Positions 10,411-19,839 of a DNA stretch of 35,930 bases are shown one piece after another. The notes beneath the pieces were generated by a model. That model did no database searches, was not told the origin of the DNA, and worked only from the letters and a program-made list of their open reading frames with translations. The translations under genes were made by a program, and so were the position numbers. Positions within the stretch are counted from its first letter, which is position 1, and every line of letters begins with the position of its first letter. Source of the stretch: a virus (lineage: Duplodnaviria; Heunggongvirae; Uroviricota; Caudoviricetes); IMG/VR virus record IMGVR_UViG_2671180986_000014. One strand, 5' to 3'.

Positions 10411-10440
10411 GAAGGCCCGATATCGGGCCTTAATTTTTAT
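10411..10440 (+). terminator. hairpin plus T-tract between the tfa remnant and the 3' end of G
   Basis: aggcccgat / atcgggcct followed by taatttttatt; overlaps the G stop codon. Confidence 0.4.
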
Positions 10441-10964
10441 TCAGGCTTTTGTGGCCATTCAGGATTTGCCGTATCCACACGGCTGACCAGAACACTGTAG
10501 CGTTCCCATGACTCCAGTCGTGCGTGTTCCTCATCCGTCGCCATATTCAGCCTGACAGCGCGTTCCAGCGGCTGGATGACTGATTCAGCTTCGGAAAGTA
10601 ACGCGGCCTTTTGTGATTCGGCCTGTTGCTGCTGTTCGTCTGCTGTATAAGTCCTCCTGACCACCGCTCCGTCCTTAAACATCCACTTCCCTGAATCATC
10701 GGCACGACGGTTAGCTGTTATATCGGGGATTTCAACGACGCTAAAACCTTCAGGATTAAGCGTGGAGGCATCTTTAGTGACGGCGACAATAATATTATTT
10801 TCGTCGTAAACAATCTTTATTGTATCCGGCTGAAAGTTCTTCACTTCCTCATACCAGTTTTTCCCGTCTTCAGCGTAAAGCCAGATGACTCCGTGCTTCT
10901 TTGTTAACTCATACTGCTCCAGTGTTTTAGCATTACCCGCTTTTATGTTCTTTAAGTGCATCAT
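10437..10964 (-). CDS. G: tail fibre assembly protein G
   Basis: 175-aa ORF directly after H; typical Tfa C-terminus. Confidence 0.85.
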   Translation of the reverse strand: MMHLKNIKAGNAKTLEQYELTKKHGVIWLYAEDGKNWYEEVKNFQPDTIKIVYDENNIIVAVTKDASTLNPEGFSVVEIPDITANRRADDSGKWMFKDGAVVRRTYTADEQQQQAESQKAALLSEAESVIQPLERAVRLNMATDEEHARLESWERYSVLVSRVDTANPEWPQKPE

Positions 10965-10965
10965 A

Positions 10966-13052
10966 TTAAACGCTCGCTACATTATACCATGTGCCATTTA
11001 TATACTTTTGAACGGGTCTGTAATAAACGCCAGCTATATTATCGGCAGAGTTTTTGCCTGTATCCTGAACATTAATACCAGACAATACATGACCTGAAGG
11101 GCACTGGAAATTCCATGTTTGCCAGTTATTCACACCATAATATTGCTGTGAGCCAAGCCGGACATCTTTCACATATCTGGAGTCAAAATTGCCATAATTG
11201 CCGGGAATAACTTGCGCACCACAAAGCCAGTTACCGTTATTATCCATGTACGCCTGACCATCGGTGCCATTGGCTGTCCTTGAGTTATTAATCATGTAGA
11301 TGCCAAATTGCCTATTTCCCAGCCCACCAATCATAAATTTGCGATCAGCATGGTCCTGACGAAGTAATGCCTGCGCACCATCGGTGGATACCGCATTGCG
11401 TCCCAAAATAACATTCTGGTCACGCATATGAATCCACATGCCGGTACTACTGTTAATTGCAAAACGGTTTGCAAATATATCTCCTGTAACAACCAGACCA
11501 TGCCCCATGCTTATCCGGCCAGTTCTGAGATTAAGCGTAAAGGGGCGTAATGGCCCTATATTACCATTTTCTCCCTCATTCTCTCGTGTAGGGATGATAT
11601 GCAGGCATTCTTCAGAACGGCGAAAAATGGCACCAAAAGATGAATTAAATATCCTCAGTGCATTGACTGTCGATATTTTCACTTCACTGCTGAAAAGGGC
11701 TTTAACAAGAACAGACAAAGCATTCCATTTAAGATTCATCAGGTCTTTAGGCCGGGTGCCAATGATGCGGTGTCTCCATTTGAAATACTCATTGCCGTTG
11801 TCGCCTGTTTCAAACCACATGTATGAATCAGTGTCGCTGTCGGCATCATTTTTAAATCCAATCTTCGCCCAGTCAGTATTCCGAATCCAGGCAAGGATTG
11901 AGTCGTTTTCAAAAGTAAGTCCGCCGGACAAGGTATCGCCTGTCTTTTGAACGGCATTACCAGCCTTGTTTACCGTTTCCTGTAAACCGAGGTATTCGAT
12001 AACGGCGGCAACGGTCGATTTCGCAAGAATATCCCGCCCGACTTTTGTCAGGGTTGCCAGGCTGGCGACATCATTCCCCGTAAAATACGGAAACCTGTCT
12101 GCCGCAGTAGCAAGCCCCGCCAGCGCCGTCAGAGTGGCATCTTTCGGTTGCTTACCCGCAAGCGCGTTAGTCATGGTGGTCGCAAAATTCGGGTCGTTGC
12201 CCAGCGCCGCCGCCAGCTCGTTCAGTGTGTTCAGTGCATCAGGCGAAGAGTCTACAAGTGCGGCAATCGCAGCCATAACGAAAGCCGTGCTTGCGATTTG
12301 GGTATTATTCGTTCCCTGTCGCGCAGTTGGTGTTGTTGGCGTTCCGGTCAGTGCCGGGCTGTTTAATGGGGCTTTCTTGTTCGTTTCATCCATTACTGCC
12401 TTAACGGCTTTTGGTGTCGCTGCCAGCGTTTCAGACGTGCTGTTGGTGGCGTNNNNNNNNNNNNNNNNNNNNNNNNNNNNNNNNNNNNNNNNNNNNNNNN
12501 NNNNNNNNNNNNNNNNNNNNNNNNNNNNNNNNNNNNNNNNNNNNNNNNNNNNNNNNNNNNNNNNNNNNNNNNNNNNNNNNNNNNNNNNNNNNNNNNNNNN
12601 NNNNNNNNNNNNNNNNNNNNNNNNNNNNNNNNNNNNNNNNNNNNNNNNNNNNNNNNNNNNNNNNNNNNNNNNNNNNNNNNNNNNNNNNNNNNNNNNNNNN
12701 NNNNNNNNNNNNNNNNNNNNNNNNNNNNNNNNNNNNNNNNNNNNNNNNNNNNNNNNNNNNNNNNNNNNNNNNNNNNNNNNNNNNNNNNNNNNNNNNNNNN
12801 NNNNNNNNNNNNNNNNNNNNNNNNNNNNNNNNNNNNNNNNNNNNNNNNNNNNNNNNNNNNNNNNNNNNNNNNNNNNNNNNNNNNNNNNNNNNNNNNNNNN
12901 NNNNNNNNNNNNNNNNNNNNNNNNNNNNNNNNNNNNNNNNNNNNNNNNNNNNNNNNNNNNNNNNNNNNNNNNNNNNNNNNNNNNNNNNNNNNTAATTTTT
13001 TTGCACCCGTATCGGTGATAATGGTTTTAAATTTTCGTGTTGTGGTACTCAT
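10966..13052 (-). CDS. H: tail fibre protein H (540 N inside)
   Basis: N-terminus [20 protein letters not shown] and the long C-terminal part resemble P2 gpH as recalled. Confidence 0.85.
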
Positions 13053-13054
13053 GC

Positions 13055-13585
13055 TTAATCGTCCGGATAAATGGTAATGACTTCACCGTCGTAAGTTGCT
13101 GCTGCCGCGAAAATATCTCCCTGAATCTCCTGAATGATATTCAGCCCTGTCATGTGGCGGCTGACCGGGCGGGCATCAGCAATCAACCGCTCCATTTCCA
13201 GATACATTTCCTCCGTCACGCCACTGTCCAGCGTGCCAACATCAATCTTGAATGTTCCGGGTTCGCCGTTGAACTCCCACCACTCAGACACGCGAATGAG
13301 GTATCCCAGCGGCTCAATGGCCCGTCGCAGGGCGCTGATGGTTCCTTTGTGTCGGTGTATCAGCCATGCATCACGAATCACCTGTCGCTTTGTCTCTTCC
13401 GGCCAGTTGCGATCCCAGCGGTCAACGGAAAACGCCCAGGCGAGATAAGGCAGCAGATGCACCGGGCAGGTGTCCGGCGACCACAGCGTGTTGAGGTCTG
13501 CCGGAATGTCTGTAATGCGTGTTCCGACGGCTTCGGCACAACGCATGAAATTGCTGGCTGATGGTGGTAACAGTGAATTACTCAT
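13055..13585 (-). CDS. I: baseplate assembly protein I
   Basis: start at second in-frame ATG (13583-13585) with AAGGTGGG ribosome-binding site; WSPDTCP...LAWAFSVDRWD motif. Confidence 0.85.
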   Translation of the reverse strand: MSNSLLPPSASNFMRCAEAVGTRITDIPADLNTLWSPDTCPVHLLPYLAWAFSVDRWDRNWPEETKRQVIRDAWLIHRHKGTISALRRAIEPLGYLIRVSEWWEFNGEPGTFKIDVGTLDSGVTEEMYLEMERLIADARPVSRHMTGLNIIQEIQGDIFAAAATYDGEVITIYPDD

Positions 13586-14474
13586 TACGCCCACCTTCGC
13601 TGATGGTGAATGACTCACAGCGCGCCGCCTGTATGTCGCTGATGGCCATATTCTGTGTGGGTTCGATTATCTCCACGCGTTGCACACCGTGCACATGCAG
13701 TGCGGCAGCAATGGCGGACAACGCCACGTCCTGACCGATAAGCCCCTGCTCAGCCAGCCACTTCCTGAACGACGATTCAGCCGCAGCCAGAATAGGTTCG
13801 GATTCCGGACCGGGGTAAAAGTACAGTTTTGCATTCAGCCGCCATGTCACGATTCTGGCACTCTGTACGGTCAGGCGGTCGGCCACCGGGCGGGTATCCT
13901 CTGCATTCAGAACGGCGCGAACGGTATTAAGCAACGCCTCCGTTGCTGTGCCGTCGCCCTCAGTGGACAGGATGGAAACCGTCACATTTGCCGGAGACGG
14001 ACTGATGGCCCGCGCATCGCGCACCAGACCGCTGGCGCTGCGGGCAAAATACTCGTATGCGCCTGACGGGCCTGCAACACTCAGGCCGTCATACGCCCGC
14101 TGCGCCCGCAGTCTCAGCGAGGTGTCGTTCTCCATCACCACGTCGGTGGTATCCGTTGCCGGAGTGATAACCAGGCGCTTTGTGTTCATATTGCCCGCGA
14201 GGTTGTCCAGGTCTGTTCCGGCGCTGTGGCTCAACATGCAGGCGCGTGCGGCCTCATTGACCCGCTGGCGTAACAGCATTTCACGAAACGACATGGTTTG
14301 AGCGATAACGTTCAGGGGTTCCGATTCCAGTTCCAGTGCGGCGGAGACGACTTCACGCTGTTCGGCGGGATAAGCTGCAATCATCATGGCCTTTGTGTCA
14401 GCCAGAATTGCCTCAAAGTCAGGCTCCGCGATGATGGCGGGTTCCGGTAACTGGGAAAGGTCAACGGCAGGCAT
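13578..14474 (-). CDS. J: baseplate assembly protein J
   Basis: 298-aa ORF between W and I, overlapping I start. Confidence 0.85.
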   Translation of the reverse strand: MPAVDLSQLPEPAIIAEPDFEAILADTKAMMIAAYPAEQREVVSAALELESEPLNVIAQTMSFREMLLRQRVNEAARACMLSHSAGTDLDNLAGNMNTKRLVITPATDTTDVVMENDTSLRLRAQRAYDGLSVAGPSGAYEYFARSASGLVRDARAISPSPANVTVSILSTEGDGTATEALLNTVRAVLNAEDTRPVADRLTVQSARIVTWRLNAKLYFYPGPESEPILAAAESSFRKWLAEQGLIGQDVALSAIAAALHVHGVQRVEIIEPTQNMAISDIQAARCESFTISEGGRNE

Positions 14475-14477
14475 GAT

Positions 14478-14828
14478 TTACTCCCTCAGCGTGATGGTTA
14501 ATTCAACATTCTGCATGGTCTGCATGACAGTGCCCGACAGCGTCACCCCGGCGTGGCCTCCTGCCTTCCAGACAACGTCGATGGCGTTCAGGGCAATGCG
14601 TGGTTCCCATCGTGTCAGTGCAATCACGGTAGCACTCATGCATTGCAGACGCGTGGTGTTATTCATGGGTTCGTCAATCAAATCAGGCACAAGGCTGCCA
14701 TATTCCCGTCGCATAACCCGGCTTGCCAGCGGGGTGGTCAGGATGTCCCTGACTGACTGTTTCAGGTGCGCCATATCGTTCAGGTTTCCCGTCCCGTCCG
14801 GGTTCATTCCTGTGTAGCGGGTTGTCAC
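14478..14828 (-). CDS. W: baseplate protein W (GPW/gp25 family)
   Basis: 116-aa ORF; position and size. Confidence 0.8.
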   Translation of the reverse strand: MTTRYTGMNPDGTGNLNDMAHLKQSVRDILTTPLASRVMRREYGSLVPDLIDEPMNNTTRLQCMSATVIALTRWEPRIALNAIDVVWKAGGHAGVTLSGTVMQTMQNVELTITLRE

Positions 14829-15406
14829 TGCGGGCCTCCTGTCGAATCGCTGCCACCTTTAACGCCACCGTGCTTATGCGTATGCACTGTGATGCCGTTT
14901 GAGGTGAAATCGCCGCCGCTGTGCGTGATATTGCCGCTCATCGTTCCCCCTTTTGTGACGTCAAGCGTCGCTGTTCTCAGAAGGTCTGTGCATTCCACGA
15001 CGGGCGTATCCAGTTTCACGCTGACGGATGCCTGCAAAGTGGCCGTTTTCATGCCGCTGGCGCTCAGTGCGCCTGCGTCCGCGTCGTAGCGGAACACCGC
15101 GCCATCCGGCGCGCTGACCACGATTTCTTTCAGGCTTTTGCCGGGTGCCGGAATGGCATCACTCCACAGACTGCCAATTATCATGGCGGTTTCCGGGTTG
15201 CCGCCGATGCAGGCAATTACCACCTGTTCGCCGGGTGATGGCGGCAACCACACATTGAAGGCACCCGCGCGCGAGGTGTTCCAGCGCAGCCAGCCTGTTT
15301 CCAGTTCGCCGCTGCGAACGCGCACGCACCAAGATTCCTCATCAACTTCAGAGATGATCCCGGTGCGGATGATATTGCTCAGCAGTCGCATGAGTTCTGC
15401 GCTCAT
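14825..15406 (-). CDS. V: baseplate spike/assembly protein V
   Basis: 193-aa ORF with Gly-rich C-terminus; start overlaps S stop. Confidence 0.85.
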   Translation of the reverse strand: MSAELMRLLSNIIRTGIISEVDEESWCVRVRSGELETGWLRWNTSRAGAFNVWLPPSPGEQVVIACIGGNPETAMIIGSLWSDAIPAPGKSLKEIVVSAPDGAVFRYDADAGALSASGMKTATLQASVSVKLDTPVVECTDLLRTATLDVTKGGTMSGNITHSGGDFTSNGITVHTHKHGGVKGGSDSTGGPQ

Positions 15407-16038
15407 CGTACAGCCTCCGCAATCCGGCCCAGCACCGTGTTATAAATCAGGCGCTCATCTGCCTGGCTGATACCCAGCAGCTCACGTACCGGGTAATCGG
15501 TGAAAATGCCCGGCGCAACCTGATCGCGCTCACCGAACTGATGAACGCGTGCAATACGTGCGGCCACGCCGCTGTAACCCACCGTCACACCGGAAGCATC
15601 TGCACGGGCTTTCAGGTAGCGGGCGGTGCGCAGTTTTACGAACATGGGGACGCGCCTGGTGCTGTCCTGGTTGATGCGCCGGGTGCGTATTTCCAGAAAA
15701 CGGTCGATGTCATCCCGGTAAAACGTGCGGATATTGTTTTTATCCTCATCCCACCCGGTGATGGTTCGCCCGTATTTCCCCGTGTCGTGATGCCAGTTTT
15801 TCAGCGTGCGTGCTTCGTTATTCCAGATAAAGCGAATGCGCTCCTGTATCCGGGTTACGCGGCGTCTGCGTGGTGTCCATGCGGTCCCGTCCGGCGCTTT
15901 CTGTGACCGGATACGCGCCTGCTGGGCGCGGCGTAAATCCTGTGCCAGCTTTCTGGCGATGTTATTAATGGCCTGCTGATTCAGGCTGTCGCGGATAGCC
16001 TCAAAGGTTTCATCCACGCGGGTGAATGCCTTATCCAT
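15403..16038 (-). CDS. S: tail completion / virion morphogenesis protein S
   Basis: 211-aa ORF; position between R and V. Confidence 0.8.
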   Translation of the reverse strand: MDKAFTRVDETFEAIRDSLNQQAINNIARKLAQDLRRAQQARIRSQKAPDGTAWTPRRRRVTRIQERIRFIWNNEARTLKNWHHDTGKYGRTITGWDEDKNNIRTFYRDDIDRFLEIRTRRINQDSTRRVPMFVKLRTARYLKARADASGVTVGYSGVAARIARVHQFGERDQVAPGIFTDYPVRELLGISQADERLIYNTVLGRIAEAVR

Positions 16039-16666
16039 CGCTTTCCCCCCACGTCACATCCTGGAATACATGCGACCAGTCGCCTTCGGAAGAGGGCAGG
16101 CGGGGTTTTGGCTCCGGCAGGTGTTCTGCCTGCGGTGTGCCCTGACTGCTGCGCGTGATGCGAACGCGTTCCCGCAGGGGGAGCGTAAACAGGAGATCGG
16201 CGCTGTCATCGTCATTGATAACGGCGGAAAATTTGATGTCCTGATTACGCTCCGGATTGAGCAACAACTGTGGCTGATTTTCGGATAACCACGCCAGCAG
16301 CGGCAGCGTGAGGTCGTCCAGCTCTCCGGCGTAATCCATGACAAACATCACTATCTGATAGCGGTAAACAAACGATGGGGTTTCTCCGGTCGTTTCAATG
16401 TTGNNNNNNNNNNNNNNNNNNNNNNNNNNNNNNNNNNNNNNNNNNNNNNNNNNNNNNNNNNNNNNNNNNNNNNNNNNNNNNNNNNNNNNNNNNNNNNNNN
16501 NNNNNNTGACAAACATCACTATCTGATAGCGGTAAACAAACGATGGGGTTTCTCCGGTCGTTTCAATGTTGCCGCTCTCCACGAAAATGGTGAATTTTTC
16601 CGGGTTGGCATGACACCACCGGCATGAACGGGTCATGGCTTCACGCAGGGAATCAGTTTTCAGCAT
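16031..16666 (-). CDS. R: tail completion protein R (ORF inflated by a 103-N run flanked by identical 65-bp copies)
   Basis: MLKTDSLR... N-terminus, AGGA ribosome-binding site; removing one copy plus the N run (168 nt) gives 155 aa. Confidence 0.8.
   Translation of the reverse strand: MLKTDSLREAMTRSCRWCHANPEKFTIFVESGNIETTGETPSFVYRYQIVMFVXXXXXXXXXXXXXXXXXXXXXXXXXXXXXXXXXXXNIETTGETPSFVYRYQIVMFVMDYAGELDDLTLPLLAWLSENQPQLLLNPERNQDIKFSAVINDDDSADLLFTLPLRERVRITRSSQGTPQAEHLPEPKPRLPSSEGDWSHVFQDVTWGESDG
16339..16403. repeat. 65-bp exact direct repeat, copy 1, abutting the N run 16404-16506
   Basis: identical to 16507-16571. Confidence 0.9.
16507..16571. repeat. 65-bp exact direct repeat, copy 2
   Basis: identical to 16339-16403. 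Confidence 0.9.
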
Positions 16667-16973
16667 GGTTGTTTTCCTCGTTGTTCAGTCGTTGCAGCCT
16701 GCGCTGTTCCAGTAATTCAATGGCCCGCTTATCGGCGTTACAGGTTTCCAGTGCGTCCATGAGGCTGTCGCTCCATATCCCGATGTTTCCCCATGATGGC
16801 GTCACCGGAAACGGCGGGGGAAGTACGGGGGCGGTCAGCCCTTCCGGGATGAAACGGAACGACGGCGGCGGCGCGGACGCGTTCTGCGTGCTGGTGCAAC
16901 CGCTCAGTAAAGCGAGCGTCAGGAACAGCGCGGGCACATGCATCTGTCGTGATATCGTTGCGTAGCTGTTCAC
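16653..16973 (-). CDS. outer-membrane spanin (Rz1/LysC-like lipoprotein), overlapping the i-spanin out of frame
   Basis: signal peptide with lipobox LLSGC, Pro-rich mature part; likely start at internal ATG (16943). Confidence 0.55.
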   Translation of the reverse strand: MNSYATISRQMHVPALFLTLALLSGCTSTQNASAPPPSFRFIPEGLTAPVLPPPFPVTPSWGNIGIWSDSLMDALETCNADKRAIELLEQRRLQRLNNEENNHAEN

Positions 16974-17211
16974 GTCGGATTTCCCCTTCCTGTTGTCGGT
17001 TCTGGCGCGCTGTCATGACGTCACGCAGTACACCGGATGCGGTGCTGATGATGGTGCCGGCCTCTTTCAGGGTCCGGCTGTAATCGTCCAGTTGCGCCTG
17101 TGTATAACGGTTGTGTCCGTCTTCCTGCCCCAGTCTGAATGTCTGCCAGAGTGTTATGGTCAGCAGCGTGAGGACGGTCAGTGCCATCATCAGGATGTAA
17201 CGCACTTTCAT
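16738..17211 (-). CDS. inner-membrane spanin (Rz/LysB-like)
   Basis: N-terminal TM helix then charged helical region; position after endolysin. Confidence 0.6.
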   Translation of the reverse strand: MKVRYILMMALTVLTLLTITLWQTFRLGQEDGHNRYTQAQLDDYSRTLKEAGTIISTASGVLRDVMTARQNRQQEGEIRREQLRNDITTDACARAVPDARFTERLHQHAERVRAAAVVPFHPGRADRPRTSPAVSGDAIMGKHRDMERQPHGRTGNL

Positions 17212-17756
17212 GACTGGCCTCCGGTGTCACGTAAGCACCATGCACGAAAATCAGTACGACGGTTAACCAGTCCCTGTGAGCGTTCGCCGCCGCTGTTCAC
17301 GAAGTCAGTCAGTCTGTTGCACATGTCAGGCCAGTTGTGCGCCTGTGCATGTTTCCAGATAGTGGTGCGGTGGTAGTTACGGTTCTTATCCCTGAACCAC
17401 ATAAGATTTCTGCATCCAAGATTAAAGGCGGCATCTGTCATTGCCTCAAACGCGGACTGTGGCATGGCGTTGCCGCTGAAGTTCTGATTTATGCAGTTTT
17501 CTGCATGTTGCATATCATTAACCCAGCGCCCGGCGACTTCCGTTTCGGTGTACAGACGATTTTCCACATGCCCGGTCGAGCCGCACCCCACGGTCATTAC
17601 CCCGGCAATATCCCGGTAAGGCGTTGCGCGACAGTCCTCCCATGTGGCAATGTGGATTTGCGCTTCCGGGCTGGTCCGGAGTTTGTGAGGGGCAATGGAG
17701 AACCCCAGCGCCACAATGGCGGCTACGGCGTAACGTTTAACGGGCAGCTTTATCAT
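17208..17756 (-). CDS. endolysin, T4-lysozyme-type fold with N-terminal signal-anchor (SAR-type)
   Basis: E-x8-D-x5-T catalytic spacing in WEDCRATPYRDIAGVMT; hydrophobic AVAAIVALGF at residues 10-20. Confidence 0.8.
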   Translation of the reverse strand: MIKLPVKRYAVAAIVALGFSIAPHKLRTSPEAQIHIATWEDCRATPYRDIAGVMTVGCGSTGHVENRLYTETEVAGRWVNDMQHAENCINQNFSGNAMPQSAFEAMTDAAFNLGCRNLMWFRDKNRNYHRTTIWKHAQAHNWPDMCNRLTDFVNSGGERSQGLVNRRTDFRAWCLRDTGGQS

Positions 17757-18039
17757 GTGTATCGTTATCCCGCAGAATGTTCAGAGCCTGACGCTCACTG
17801 TCGTGAAGTGGCTGTGCGTCTGACTGTACCAGGATACTGGCGATGAGTTCATTGCGACGCTGCATGGCGGTTTCCATCAGGCGGCGATGTCGCCAGGCAT
17901 GTAATGCAGACAGAGAACCGAGTAACAACCCGGCAAGGGCGATTTTTTCACTGATGGTCATCACGCCTATTGTGGTGGCTGTGACTGATGCCCAGAAGGT
18001 GATCCAGTCACTCACCCGCTGAAAAAAACCTGTTACCAT
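17737..18039 (-). CDS. holin with two predicted TM segments (pinholin-like)
   Basis: 100 aa from ATG 18037-18039 (track ORF is longer); start overlaps X stop. Confidence 0.65.
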   Translation of the reverse strand: MVTGFFQRVSDWITFWASVTATTIGVMTISEKIALAGLLLGSLSALHAWRHRRLMETAMQRRNELIASILVQSDAQPLHDSERQALNILRDNDTHDKAAR

Positions 18040-18230
18040 AGCTGTATCATCTCTCGTTGTTTTTTCTTCTCCGGCTCCGGCATTTCTACCTCCTGTCCGG
18101 CTTCCAGAAATACCTGTCGGCAGAGTCCGGGGTTGGCATCCAGCACCTTTTCGGTGACGCCCTGCGTCGTGCCGTAGTACCGGAAACAGAGCGAATCCAC
18201 GGTGTCGCCTTCCAGTGCCTTCACTTTCAT
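18033..18230 (-). CDS. X: tail protein X (LysM-like)
   Basis: MKVKALEGDTVDSLCFRYYG resembles P2 gpX; start overlaps L stop (ATGA). Confidence 0.75.
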   Translation of the reverse strand: MKVKALEGDTVDSLCFRYYGTTQGVTEKVLDANPGLCRQVFLEAGQEVEMPEPEKKKQREMIQLW

Positions 18231-18391
18231 CAGCACAACTCCGCAAAGATTCGCGGGCGGCACAGAATGTCAGAGATGGCCCAGCTCACATCGCGCCACA
18301 AATCCGATGTCTGTATATCCAGTGCGTCCGCCCGGCGGTCGCCCTTGTCCGTTGTGTCCGCATCGCGGTAACGCTCCAGAATCAGGGCGCG
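18230..18391 (-). CDS. L: head completion protein L, visible C-terminal part only
   Basis: start-less frame (not in the track) reads ...ALILERYRDADTTDKGDRRADALDIQTSDLWRDVSWAISDILCRPRIFAELC, TGA at 18230-18232. Confidence 0.5.
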   Translation of the reverse strand, partial: RALILERYRDADTTDKGDRRADALDIQTSDLWRDVSWAISDILCRPRIFAELC

Positions 18392-19236
18392 NNNNNNNNN
18401 NNNNNNNNNNNNNNNNNNNNNNNNNNNNNNNNNNNNNNNNNNNNNNNNNNNNNNNNNNNNNNNNNNNNNNNNNNNNNNNNNNNNNNNNNNNNNNNNNNNN
18501 NNNNNNNNNNNNNNNNNNNNNNNNNNNNNNNNNNNNNNNNNNNNNNNNNNNNNNNNNNNNNNNNNNNNNNNNNNNNNNNNNNNNNNNNNNNNNNNNNNNN
18601 NNNNNNNNNNNNNNNNNNNNNNNNNNNNNNNNNNNNNNNNNNNNNNNNNNNNNNNNNNNNNNNNNNNNNNNNNNNNNNNNNNNNNNNNNNNNNNNNNNNN
18701 NNNNNNNNNNNNNNNNNNNNNNNNNNNNNNNNNNNNNNNNNNNNNNNNNNNNNNNNNNNNNNNNNNNNNNNNNNNNNNNNNNNNNNNNNNNNNNNNNNNN
18801 NNNNNNNNNNNNNNNNNNNNNNNNNNNNNNNNNNNNNNNNNNNNNNNNNNNNNNNNNNNNNNNNNNNNNNNNNNNNNNNNNNNNNNNNNNNNNNNNNNNN
18901 NNNNNNNNNNNNNNNNNNNNNNNNNNNNNNNNNNNNNNNNNNNNNNNNNNNNNNNNNNNNNNNNNNNNNNNNNNNNNNNNNNNNNNNNNNNNNNNNNNNN
19001 NNNNNNNNNNNNNNNNNNNNNNNNNNNNNNNNNNNNNNNNNNNNNNNNNNNNNNNNNNNNNNNNNNNNNNNNNNNNNNNNNNNNNNNNNNNNNNNNNNNN
19101 NNNNNNNNNNNNNNNNNNNNNNNNNNNNNNNTTCACACCTGCGTTCGGGTTCAGGTGCATCGCTTNNNNNNNNNNNNNNNNNNNNNNNNNNNNNNNNNNN
19201 NNNNNNNNNNNNNNNNNNNNNNNNNNNNNNNNNNNN

Positions 19237-19794
19237 GGTCAGGCCACGGCGGGCAAAGGCACACGCCTTGCATAATTTGGCGTGCACTTCGTCCGGCATG
19301 TCCTGGTTGGCGACAATTTCCCAAAGTGTGTCCAGTGGTTCGATAAAGGCGGATAAATCCGCGTCGGCATCCGTTCCGGCCTGCGTCAGTATTGGGTTGC
19401 AGATTTCCTCGGTCAGCACTGTGGCAGCAGTACGACCAAAGTTATCCGGCATGATGAGGTTGTGACGGACCACATACGCACCAATACGCAGCGCAAGCGG
19501 AAGATCGCCGCAGTCAATCGCCCACACCATCAGCGTTGCAATCACTTCATCCTGCTGCCCGCCGTCAGCCTCCAGCGTTCCCTCAATCCAGCCGGAAAAG
19601 TCCGGCAACAACTCTTTTTTGATGGCGGCTTTCGCGCTTCTGGCCTGTACGCCCTTAAGCCGGGCCTGTGCCAGACGCAGACGATACAGCACCTCTTCAT
19701 GCGCGGTACGCGCGGCGTGGTCCACGCCTTCATTCGCCTGGCCTGCGCGCTGTGCCATCACGTTCTGCCAGTGTTGCTGTGCAGGAGTAATCAT
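19237..19794 (-). CDS. M: terminase small (endonuclease) subunit M, visible N-terminal part; 3' end masked
   Basis: MITPAQQHW...KKELLP...DMPDEVHAKL resembles P2 gpM; GGAGAG ribosome-binding site. Confidence 0.8.
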
Positions 19795-19839
19795 TTTTTC
19801 TCTCCGTTACAGGCGGGCATGATGCCCGCCGTGAGTTGA

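Noticed and set aside
16339-16571. CRISPR array
   Set aside because: Only two repeat copies, 65 bp long, inside a coding gene and separated by masked sequence; no other periodic repeats in the window.
16031-16666. Reading the gene R repeat as a genuine in-frame 56-codon tandem duplication
   Set aside because: The copies sit exactly at the edges of an N run and removing one restores the expected 155-aa length; artefact is the simpler explanation, though not proven.
18202-19465. Long plus-strand ORFs (357 and 416 aa) across the L/M region
   Set aside because: Composed mainly of X from a 740-N run and antisense to M.
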